NCBI GenBank assembly: GCA_049472355.1
Contig: JBLIRP010000026.1
Location: forward strand, 1 to 14,610
DNA length: 14,610 bases
Direction: 5' to 3'
Source of the DNA: a bacterium
GTDB taxonomy: Bacteria; SZUA-182; DTGQ01; JAFGSM01
Below the pieces are notes generated by a model, which ran no database searches, was not told the origin of the DNA, and saw nothing but the letters and a program-made list of their open reading frames with translations. The position numbers and the translations under genes were made by a program. Below, in pieces: positions 6,774 through 14,610 of the stretch (positions within the stretch are counted from its first letter, which is position 1; each line of letters starts with the position of its first letter).

Positions 6774-7568
6774 ATGCCGACAATTACCATTGATGACAAG
6801 ACGTATAACGCCGATACCGGAGAGACGATCCTCGAGGTCGCCATACGGGAGGGGATCTGGATTCCAACCCTCTGCTACCATCCCTCGCTCACCGGTTACG
6901 CATCCTGCCGACTCTGCCTGGTGGAACTCGACCGCGGCGATTGGCGGCAGATCGTCACCTCATGCAACTATCCCATTCGTTCGGATATACGCGTGTGGGT
7001 GAATTCGGAGCGCGCCATGCAGGCGCGCAAGGGGGTCATGGAGCTCCTGCTCGCCCGCTGCCCGGAGAGCGAGTACATCAAAGAGCTCGCCGAGCGCATG
7101 GGGGTGCAGGGTACACCCTATCCCAAGGTAACGGAGGCCCAGAGGAATTGCATGCTGTGCGGTCTGTGCACCAGGGTGTGCGCCGAGGTGATCGGCCAGT
7201 CGGCCATCAGTTTTTCCGGTCGCGGTGTGGAGCGTGTGGTATCAACGCCCTTCCAGCTTGCCTCGGATGCCTGCATCGCCTGCGGCGCCTGTGCCGCGGT
7301 CTGCCCGGTGGGAACCATACAGATCCGAATGCACGAAAACGAGATCGAGATCTCACCTTTCAAGTCCCGGGTGCCCGTTCCTCGCTGCATGGAATGCGGG
7401 GAGCCCCTGGTCAGTGCAAAGGTGGGTGAAAGGGTGCTTGAACTGCTTGCGCAAAAATTCCCCGAAGAGAACAAGGAACCCCTCCGGGATGCAGTCATGC
7501 TCTGTCCGGTATGCCGGCGTAAAAAGGTCGCCGGGGGATTGAGCTTTGCCTGCAGGGAGTTGAAATAG
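6774..7568 (+). CDS. NuoG/HydA N-terminal-like FeS subunit (HytD-like): [2Fe-2S] + 2x[4Fe-4S] + C-terminal CxxC...CxxC domain, no catalytic domain
   Basis: IPTLCYH...CRLCLVE...TSC; CMLCGLCTRVC; CIACGACAAVCP; CMEC...CPVC. RBS GGAGAGGAG just before ATG 6774. Confidence 0.87.
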   Translation: MPTITIDDKTYNADTGETILEVAIREGIWIPTLCYHPSLTGYASCRLCLVELDRGDWRQIVTSCNYPIRSDIRVWVNSERAMQARKGVMELLLARCPESEYIKELAERMGVQGTPYPKVTEAQRNCMLCGLCTRVCAEVIGQSAISFSGRGVERVVSTPFQLASDACIACGACAAVCPVGTIQIRMHENEIEISPFKSRVPVPRCMECGEPLVSAKVGERVLELLAQKFPEENKEPLRDAVMLCPVCRRKKVAGGLSFACRELK

Positions 7569-7590
7569 CCGTCTGAAACAAACAGGGATG

Positions 7591-10032
7591 CTATGAAGAG
7601 ACCTCCGCGACGATGGGGGAAAGCTGTTCCTCAACGTAGCGGATAAAATCCTTTATAAGGGATTCGAGTTGCCGGAGGTGCCTTTCCGCATCCTCGAATT
7701 TCTTGTCCACGCCCATCTTTTCCAGCTTCAGCGCCAATTTCGTTATCTCCCATACTCGAAAGTTCGACAGGGTCCCCCCCAGGCTATGGGCGGCGCGCTG
7801 GAGACCCTCCGGGTCCCTGGCGATGATGGATGTTCGTATCCGTTCCACCTGATTCGGATAGGTTTCCACGAAGATCATGAAGATCTCCTTGAACAGTTCC
7901 GTATCCCCCTCGAAATCACCGGTGATGGTCCGGATATCAAACTCCATTTCCTTCGTCCCGATGACGGCGGATACCCTTTCGCGCGACAGTACCTGGTCAA
8001 CCTTGAGGAGAAGCTCATCCATGTTGATCGGTTTTGCCAGGTAATCATCCATCCCCGCGGCCAGGCACTTCTCCTGGTCACCCTTCATGGCATGCGCCGT
8101 CATGGCGATGATGGGCAGGTGTTCGCCTGATCGCTTCTCCATTTCCCTGATATATCGTGTTGTCTCCAATCCGTCCATAACCGGCATCTGGACATCCATG
8201 AATGCCAAGTCGAAGCCGAGTTCCCTGAGGATTTCGAGGGCCTCCTGTCCGTTTTTTACGATGTGCACAAGATGCCCCTGCTTTTCAAGGAGCGTCTGTA
8301 TGAACTTCTGATTTACCGGATTATCCTCGGCAAGAAGGATGCGCAAACCTTCCCCCGTGCCGTCGGTGCGATCATCCTTCATGCAATCGGTTTTTACCGG
8401 CTCACCCTGTGCCGGTTTCTTCTCCAGTACGGTCAAAATCGTATCAAGAAGCTCGTAAGGTTTTATCGGTTTGACAAGATTGGTGAAAACCCCGAGATCC
8501 TGGCAGGGCCCCTTCTTTTCCCTCCGGACGTACGAAGAGAGCAGAATGATCCTGGTGTCCCTCACCAGCCGGTTCCTCTTTATACGCTGGCATATCTTGG
8601 ATACGTCCGTGCCGGGAATCAGCGTATCGAGCAGCATGACATGATAGGGTCCCCGGTTTTTGGCGGCGCCTTCCAGCGCAGCCAGGGCACTCTGACCATC
8701 ATGGGCCTCACCGTACCCGAGCCCCCAGGGAGAGACAATATCACCAATAATTTTCCGGCAGGTGTCGTTATCATCGACAATCAACAGGCGTATGCCCTGA
8801 AGCGTGATCGTCTCGGCCCTCCTGGCTGCCTTTCTCTGCGTAGAGGGGAGAAGGAATCTGATCGAAAAATAAAACGTGCTCCCCTTCCCTACCCGGCTTT
8901 CCACCCATATCGTGCCCCCCATGATTTCCACGAGACGCTTTGAAATGGTGAGACCTAATCCGGTGCCGCCGAATCGCCTGGTGAAAGAACCATCGCCCTG
9001 CCGGAAACCTTCAAAGATTGCCTCCATCTTTTCCGGAGGGATACCAATGCCGTTATCCGATACGGAGAAATGGAGCGTCGCCGATTCCGTATCCTTTGCC
9101 TCAACCTTACAATGAATGAGCACCTCGCCCTTGTCCGTGAATTTAAAGGCATTGGAGCCCAGATTGATGACGACCTGGCGCAATTTTCCCGGGTCACCCA
9201 CCAGAAAATCAGGGACCTCGGGATCGATGGAGTAGAGGAGCTCCAGCCCCTTTTCATGGGCCTTGACGGCCAATATGTCCACCGCGGCCTCGATGGTCTG
9301 GGGAAGGTTGAAGTCAACGTTCTCCATCTCCAGATGCCCTGCCTCAATCTTGGAGAAATCGAGGATCTCGTTGATGATATTCAAAAGGGAATCCGCCGAA
9401 TCCCTAACGATTTCGAGATAATCACGCTGTTCATCGGTAAGCGGGGTGTCCAGGGCAAGGCGGGTCATCCCGATGATTCCGTTCATCGGTGTGCGGATCT
9501 CATGCGACATATTGGCCAAAAACTCACTCTTGGCGTTATTCGCCGCTTCCGCCTCCTGCTTAGCCGTGAACAGCTCCTGCGCCCGCTTTTCAAGCTCTGT
9601 GTATGCACGGTGCAGTTCGGCATCCCTCTTTTCTATCTGGTTCAACATCTCGTTAAGATTCCCCACCAGGAATCCCAACTCGCCGCTTGTATCACCCGGC
9701 ACCCGGATGGAATAATCACGCCCCTCGGAAACCGCCTTCGTGATATGCGCCAATTCCACGAGCGGCCTTGAAATCATTCGCTGCATAAAGGTCCCTACAG
9801 GGAGGGCCAGCATAGTAACAAGGAGCAACAAAACGCCAACCAGCGGTACGTAAAAAAGCATGGATGTATGAATGGCACCCTGGAAGGTAATCAGATCATG
9901 GATGACCATACAGGCAAGCACAGAGATCAGCAATATGCTGCTCGTAAGGATGATAAGCAAAACGATCTTTTTTCGTATCGACAAGGTTCTCACAGACGGC
10001 ATTCTCTCTCTTTGTTCCATGGACCGTTTCAC
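7591..10032 (-). CDS. hybrid sensor histidine kinase (2 TM-HAMP-HisKA-HATPase-REC-REC-Hpt)
   Basis: [16 protein letters not shown]-box; [16 protein letters not shown] and GGTGLGL; two receiver domains (VDDN...LLD...KP; AEDN...MDVQMP...KP); Hpt AAHSLGG. The start may be ATG 10020 or 10002. Confidence 0.93.
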   Translation of the reverse strand: MKRSMEQRERMPSVRTLSIRKKIVLLIILTSSILLISVLACMVIHDLITFQGAIHTSMLFYVPLVGVLLLLVTMLALPVGTFMQRMISRPLVELAHITKAVSEGRDYSIRVPGDTSGELGFLVGNLNEMLNQIEKRDAELHRAYTELEKRAQELFTAKQEAEAANNAKSEFLANMSHEIRTPMNGIIGMTRLALDTPLTDEQRDYLEIVRDSADSLLNIINEILDFSKIEAGHLEMENVDFNLPQTIEAAVDILAVKAHEKGLELLYSIDPEVPDFLVGDPGKLRQVVINLGSNAFKFTDKGEVLIHCKVEAKDTESATLHFSVSDNGIGIPPEKMEAIFEGFRQGDGSFTRRFGGTGLGLTISKRLVEIMGGTIWVESRVGKGSTFYFSIRFLLPSTQRKAARRAETITLQGIRLLIVDDNDTCRKIIGDIVSPWGLGYGEAHDGQSALAALEGAAKNRGPYHVMLLDTLIPGTDVSKICQRIKRNRLVRDTRIILLSSYVRREKKGPCQDLGVFTNLVKPIKPYELLDTILTVLEKKPAQGEPVKTDCMKDDRTDGTGEGLRILLAEDNPVNQKFIQTLLEKQGHLVHIVKNGQEALEILRELGFDLAFMDVQMPVMDGLETTRYIREMEKRSGEHLPIIAMTAHAMKGDQEKCLAAGMDDYLAKPINMDELLLKVDQVLSRERVSAVIGTKEMEFDIRTITGDFEGDTELFKEIFMIFVETYPNQVERIRTSIIARDPEGLQRAAHSLGGTLSNFRVWEITKLALKLEKMGVDKKFEDAERHLRQLESLIKDFIRYVEEQLSPIVAEVSS

Positions 10033-10458
10033 TCAAGGAGCACATTGACAACGGAGGACATGTCTCTCCTCTTCATTTGAGAAAAACAATTCTCTATAAT
10101 AAATCGTCCTTTTTGACCATTTTTATCAACCTTACAGGCATGACACCCCTCACTTCTTCATATTATTTTGAGTCAACAGCAAAGAAGGCGCCGGTCGCAG
10201 AGGGCTGAAGTCGCTCTTCCCCTCAGTCCGCATTCCACAATTTTCAGGATAGTGAGCATATCGTGTAATTCCTGTGTGTTGTCACCTTCCGGGTATTATC
10301 CGATATCTGTAATGAAATGAATCATCGCGGGGCATATGAATATCTCATCAGATCTCCCCCTGGATGCCTTCCTGTTTAAGATCGTATCTTAATTGATCAT
10401 TTATCAGTGATTGCAATCCGGTGGTAAAAAAATTTGTGAGAAGTTGTATCCCTCCCCT

Positions 10459-10487
10459 TTGTACAATGTATTTTTTTGGGGTATAAT
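10459..10487 (+). promoter_or_regulatory. distal sigma70-type promoter upstream of mucR-like gene
   Basis: TTGTAC (10459-10464), 17 nt, TATAAT (10482-10487). Confidence 0.45.
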
Positions 10488-10620
10488 GCACTATTAAAGA
10501 TGCTGGATTTCCACTTATTTTTTTCTTTTGGATTTACCGTATCTCATTCTCTCTGAATGAAATTTGTAACTTGCTATTATCATCCGGCGGCTGTTTTTAT
10601 TTTTTTTATACTTCAGGCTG

Positions 10621-10648
10621 TTGACAAATTGATTAATATGCTTATCAT
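10621..10648 (+). promoter_or_regulatory. proximal sigma70-type promoter upstream of mucR-like gene
   Basis: TTGACA (10621-10626), 16 nt, TATCAT (10643-10648), in AT-rich DNA. Confidence 0.5.
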
Positions 10649-10782
10649 AGTAATATACTCATGCCTCAATACAACGAGGAGAATAATCACGAGAGATAAT
10701 CGTTGCCTTTTTTAATGGGCATATAGCCCATGTCAACTAAATTCTACTCAAACACCTAACCCTTTCCATGGAGGACAAAAAC

Positions 10783-11229
10783 ATGGCAAAGACACTATTG
10801 GAAATGGCTGCTGAAATCGTTACAGCCCAGGCGTCAAACACACAGATGTCTTCAGAAGAGGTAAGTGACGCACTCAAAAGATTATTTGTCACTCTCAAGG
10901 ATATCCGGGATAAAGAGGAGGGCAGCTATCCCGCCCTTGAACCGGGATCCACGGAAAAGGGGCAGTTACCCCTTGCGCCTAAAGACTCCATACAGAGAAA
11001 TAAGATTGTGTGCCTTGAGTGCGGCAAGGAATTCAAACAGCTCTCCAAGTCGCATCTGAGATCCCATGATCTCACCCCCAAGGAATACAAGAAGAAACAT
11101 GGGCTGCGAACCGGTCAGGCACTGGTGGCAAAATCCTTGACAGCGAAAAGGAGGAAGCTGGCAAAGGAGAAGAAACTGGGCAACAAGCTCGCTGAATACA
11201 GGAAAAAGAAGGCAGCGGGCAAGGCCTGA
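10783..11229 (+). CDS. mucR: Ros/MucR family zinc-finger transcriptional regulator
   Basis: LLEMAAEIVTAQAS N-terminal helix; SIQRNKIVCLECGKEFKQLSKSHLRSHDLTPKEYKKKHGL...LVA. RBS GGAGG at 10770-10774 favours ATG 10783. Confidence 0.88.
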   Translation: MAKTLLEMAAEIVTAQASNTQMSSEEVSDALKRLFVTLKDIRDKEEGSYPALEPGSTEKGQLPLAPKDSIQRNKIVCLECGKEFKQLSKSHLRSHDLTPKEYKKKHGLRTGQALVAKSLTAKRRKLAKEKKLGNKLAEYRKKKAAGKA

Positions 11230-11264
11230 GATGATTCTTTAGGGATTCCGATGCCATTCCGCAT

Positions 11265-11927
11265 ATGAGAATCATTGCCTTCGGAGACATCCACGAGCAT
11301 ACCGATCACCTCTCTGCAATAGAGGATCTTCCCCGTGCGGACTGTGTTGTCATCACAGGGGATTTAACCAATACCGGCGGTATCGAAAGGGCAAAGATGG
11401 TTATCGATCACGTGCGACGATACAATACCGCCGTCTTTGCCCAGGCAGGCAATTTCGACAGGAGAGAGGTGGAATCCTTTCTTCAGGGACTCGGAATCAG
11501 TATCCACGGAAACGGTATTATTCAAGGAACAATTGGAATATTCGGGGTGGGGGGATCGAACCCCACCCCCTTCAACACCCCGAACGAGTTCGCGGAACAT
11601 GAGATACATTCCCTTATCCTTCAAGGATACCGCACAGTGAAGGATGCCCCCTGCACGCTCTTTGTCCCCCACGCACCTCCCTACGACACGGCGGTCGACA
11701 TGGTGAGAAGCGGAGAGCACGTCGGCAGCACGGCGGTAAGGGAATTTATCGAACTGTATCAACCCGATGTCTGTGTCACCGGACATATCCACGAAGGAAA
11801 GGGGGAGGACAGAATAGGGAGGACCCATGTAGTGAATCCCGGGCCGTTGGCTCAGGGGGGATACGTTGAATTAATCGAGGGGAAGACAGGCGTTGAGGCA
11901 CGATTAAGACAGGTCCGGGGGAAGTGA
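11265..11927 (+). CDS. calcineurin-like metallophosphoesterase
   Basis: GDIH, ITGDL, AGNFD, HAPP and TGHIHE motifs; C-terminal VVNPG. Confidence 0.9.
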   Translation: MRIIAFGDIHEHTDHLSAIEDLPRADCVVITGDLTNTGGIERAKMVIDHVRRYNTAVFAQAGNFDRREVESFLQGLGISIHGNGIIQGTIGIFGVGGSNPTPFNTPNEFAEHEIHSLILQGYRTVKDAPCTLFVPHAPPYDTAVDMVRSGEHVGSTAVREFIELYQPDVCVTGHIHEGKGEDRIGRTHVVNPGPLAQGGYVELIEGKTGVEARLRQVRGK

Positions 11928-12005
11928 GGAAGGCTGGCGAATGTTTTCATGTAACCTGTTGACGGTATGTCTTATTTCAGATTTACGTGTGGGAAAGGAT
12001 GGCTG

Positions 12006-12275
12006 ATGAGTATATCAATTCAAAAACCGAACAGGGAAGAGGTCGAAAAAAGAGGAATCTGCGACTGGCCGATCTGGGAAAAGGGCGTTTCACGCTTCGA
12101 CTGGTATTATGATTCCACCGAGGAGTGCTATATCCTGGAAGGATCGGTTGAGGTGACAACCAAGGATGGTGAGACGGTGCATTTCGGCGAGGGTGATTTC
12201 GTGACCTTTCCCCAGGGTTTATCATGTACATGGAATATAAAAAAACCGGTCAGGAAACATTATAATTTCAGATAA
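12006..12275 (+). CDS. small cupin (DUF861/Cupin_3-like)
   Basis: WPIWEK...FDWYYDSTEECYILEGSVEV...GDFVTFPQGLSCTWNI...KHY. RBS AAGGA about 7 nt before ATG 12006. Confidence 0.85.
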   Translation: MSISIQKPNREEVEKRGICDWPIWEKGVSRFDWYYDSTEECYILEGSVEVTTKDGETVHFGEGDFVTFPQGLSCTWNIKKPVRKHYNFR

Positions 12276-12751
12276 TTGATCCGGCTCACGTGGCGCGGGC
12301 GGGCATATCTGCCCTGACGATGCAATGTCACCATGAGGACTGCTGACAATCCGTTACATTTTTTGCACCTACCCCTGCTCGCATTATAAAGGATGAATCG
12401 CACTGCCCCGTTGAAACCTCCTTTCAGTCTTCTTTTCCACTTCTTCAATGACGGGGGCGAGGCTCGTACGCACATGATGTCCGCTGCGCACCATGGCCCG
12501 GCTATTCCGCTGTGCAGGGGAAAAGAGTAATAAAATGCAACAATATACCGTCTTTAATGATGAAATCGACATCACGAAATGTTCGCCATGTAATTTCCGC
12601 GCATGAAGGGACCTTTTGAATACATGACCTTTCTCGCTTGATTATGCTGCCTCTCTTGACAGTATCGTTTATTTCATGCGGTGATCATTACAATGCGTGA
12701 CGGATTCCCTTTCATACATTCGTAAGGGTGTCAAAAAAGGGGGGGTGACGG

Positions 12752-12768
12752 CTGGACATTTCATTGCA
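12752..12768 (+). promoter_or_regulatory. possible sigma54 (-24/-12) promoter
   Basis: CTGGACATTTCATTGCA: GG-N10-GC with the TGG and TTGCA flanks intact but the CAC core mismatched. About 44 nt upstream of ATG 12812. Confidence 0.4.
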
Positions 12769-12811
12769 AACTTCTTCAACGCAATGAGGTCTCATAGATT
12801 GGGGGTAGACC

Positions 12812-13423
12812 ATGAGTAAAAAAACCTTGATCGATAAAAGATTTATTGTACCGCTTTTCGTCTGTGTGCTGTTCCTGCCGCTGGTCGCTTCCGCCGGGGG
12901 GCACGGAGGTATGTCAATGGGGGGGTATTCCGGACAGACCATGGGTGCGACGAATTACGGGTATGGATCATTTTCCCCTTCGTACAATCAGGCGGCCTGG
13001 AACATGGGCTCCCTTGGCCTTTATTCGAGCGTTCCCTTTTCGTCTCTTGGCTACGGATCATTATCCTCCGGGTATGGATCAGGATACTCATCATATCCGA
13101 TCACCTCTCGATTCGGAAGTTTCACGAGTCCTTCATATGGGATGTCTTACGGGTCGGCTCTAAGTGGTTATGCCCCTGGATATGGTTACGGATACACGTG
13201 GGGTGGTTCAATGGGAGGAGGCTTGATGGGGAGCGGCTCGATGGGGGGAAGTTCAATGGGGGGAAGCGATTCTGACTCCGGTTCCGCGTCATTTTCCATG
13301 TCCGGGTCCGGCGCTTCATGGGGTTCTGATCGCACAGGGGCCTCTTACTCGGGTCAGCCGTTTTATGGTTCCTTTCCGATGCTGAATCCCTTGATGTACG
13401 GTTTTTTTGTCGGGTGGATATAA
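12812..13423 (+). CDS. exported Gly/Ser/Tyr/Met-rich low-complexity hypothetical protein
   Basis: Sec-type signal peptide (basic N-region, hydrophobic core, ASA cleavage after residue 28), G-rich RBS, 203 codons with a consistent compositional bias. Confidence 0.72.
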   Translation: MSKKTLIDKRFIVPLFVCVLFLPLVASAGGHGGMSMGGYSGQTMGATNYGYGSFSPSYNQAAWNMGSLGLYSSVPFSSLGYGSLSSGYGSGYSSYPITSRFGSFTSPSYGMSYGSALSGYAPGYGYGYTWGGSMGGGLMGSGSMGGSSMGGSDSDSGSASFSMSGSGASWGSDRTGASYSGQPFYGSFPMLNPLMYGFFVGWI

Positions 13424-13524
13424 CAAGGGGTTATTCGGCATTTTTGAAAATGGGTGGGGATGCCCCTTAATGGCTTCTTTCTTTGGAAGGGTGAGGGACA
13501 CATTGTATCCGGGGAGGGATCACG

Positions 13525-14610
13525 CTATCCGACTACCCTCATCCATTCCTCCATGGTGGTAATCCCCTGTTTGACCTTTGCAAGCGCATTTTCCCGAAGG
13601 ACCTTGAGCCCCAGTTCCTCAGCCTTCACCTGTATTGTGAGGGGGGATTCCCTTTGGATGATCATCTCGCGGATCTCGTTCCACATGGGGAGCACCTCGT
13701 AGATGGCAAACCTTCCCCGGTAGCCGGTGTCATAACATTTCGGGCAACCCTTCCCTGCGTAAAATGTATCCCGGGATAACTTCTGACCCATCCATTTGAG
13801 GTAGTCCAGGTACATGTCCGGGGGCTTTGTCTCCTGCCTGCAAGCAGGGCAGATCTTTCGCATCAGCCTCTGGGCGATGATCAAATCGACCGAGGTGGCC
13901 ACCAGGAAGGGCTCTATCCCCATCTCCACCAGCCTGGTGATGGTCTCCACCGCACTGTTGGTGTGCAGGGTGCTCAGCACCAGATGCCCGGTAAGGGCGG
14001 CCTTCACCGCTATCTGCGCGGTCTCCAGGTCCCGCATCTCCCCCACCATGATCACATCGGGGTCCTGCCTCAGGAACGATCGCAGGGCACGGGCAAAATC
14101 CAGGCCGATGGCGGGATTCATCTGAAACTGGTTGATGCCGTGTATGTTGTACTCCACAGGGTCCTCCGCCGTATTGATGTTCCGGGTCCCGTCGTTCAGC
14201 TTCTGGAGCATCGAATACAGGGTGGTGCTCTTCCCGCTCCCCGTCGGGCCGGTGACCAGGATCATCCCCTTCGATTTATACATGGCCCCCATGAGGACCT
14301 TCATATCCTCGCCCTTCATCCCCAGCTTGCTGATGTCCATCTGCAGATTCGATTTGTCCAGCAGGCGCAGCACCACCTTCTCACCAAAACCTCCAGGAAA
14401 GACGGATACCCGGAAATCGATGCACTTCCCCTCCACCTTGATCCTGAACCGCCCGTCCTGCGGAAGCCGCCTTTCGGAGATGTCCAGCCGCGACATCACC
14501 TTTATCCGGGAGGTGATCCCGTTGCGGTATTTGAAGGGCGGCCTCATGGCCTGGATGAGCGAGCCGTCCACCCTGAACCGCACCCGCACCTCGTCCTCGT
14601 ACGGCTCGAT
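13525..14610 (-). CDS. pilB: type IV pilus assembly / T2SS ATPase (PilB/GspE), 5'-truncated by the window edge
   Basis: The frame stays open to 14610 (IEPYEDEVRVRFRVDG). ERRLPQDGR, Walker A GPTGSGKST, Asp box TAEDPVE, Walker B IMVGEMRD, His box LSTLHTN, Zn motif CPAC...CPKC. PilB versus GspE is not certain. Confidence 0.9.
   Translation of the reverse strand: MEPYEDEVRVRFRVDGSLIQAMRPPFKYRNGITSRIKVMSRLDISERRLPQDGRFRIKVEGKCIDFRVSVFPGGFGEKVVLRLLDKSNLQMDISKLGMKGEDMKVLMGAMYKSKGMILVTGPTGSGKSTTLYSMLQKLNDGTRNINTAEDPVEYNIHGINQFQMNPAIGLDFARALRSFLRQDPDVIMVGEMRDLETAQIAVKAALTGHLVLSTLHTNSAVETITRLVEMGIEPFLVATSVDLIIAQRLMRKICPACRQETKPPDMYLDYLKWMGQKLSRDTFYAGKGCPKCYDTGYRGRFAIYEVLPMWNEIREMIIQRESPLTIQVKAEELGLKVLRENALAKVKQGITTMEEWMRVVG

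Noticed and set aside
4261..7568. Respiratory complex I nuoEFG or a complete HydABC hydrogenase
   Set aside because: No other nuo genes are adjacent. The third subunit is 264 aa and lacks both the NuoG molybdopterin-fold domain and H-cluster motifs.
7569..7590. Terminator between the convergent operon and kinase; also 13424-13524
   Set aside because: No convincing GC stem with a U-tract in either gap.
564..7634. Long antisense and alternate-frame ORFs (e.g. 564-1385, 3142-3957, 4912-5703, 5667-6881)
   Set aside because: Shadow ORFs expected from GC-rich codon usage opposite well-supported genes; no motifs.
7669..10080. Plus-strand ORFs inside the kinase gene
   Set aside because: Antisense shadows of a full-length hybrid kinase.
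12260..12575. Short minus-strand ORFs (71 and 63 aa)
   Set aside because: No recognisable domain or RBS. A decayed gene cannot be excluded but is unsupported.
1..14610. CRISPR arrays, tRNA/rRNA, selenocysteine readthrough
   Set aside because: No regularly spaced repeats or RNA-gene signatures were seen. The TGA stops fall at family-typical protein ends.

Overview
Bacterial anaerobe-type window. The main feature is a seven-gene + strand redox/sensing operon (582-7568) behind a strong sigma70-like promoter. It encodes a HycB/HydN/CooF-like 4x[4Fe-4S] protein, an hfsA/hfsB(hydS)/hfsC-like trio (small thioredoxin-fold [2Fe-2S] protein, PAS-containing sensory [FeFe]-hydrogenase-like protein, SpoIIE/PP2C phosphatase), and a NuoE/NuoF/NuoG-N-terminal (HydC/HydB/HytD-like) flavin-FeS module. 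The operon has no catalytic subunit (no HydA H-domain, FDH, CODH or NiFe large subunit). Its only H-cluster-fold protein has lost several diiron-site residues (L2 Lys to Gln, L1 Cys to His), and the NuoF-like subunit carries a probable NADP(H)-type pocket. Downstream are a convergent hybrid His kinase with almost no extracytoplasmic domain, a Ros/MucR regulator, a metallophosphoesterase, a cupin, an exported Gly/Ser/Tyr-rich low-complexity protein behind a possible sigma54 promoter, and the 3' part of a PilB/GspE ATPase. All calls come from motif recognition by eye; no searches were run.
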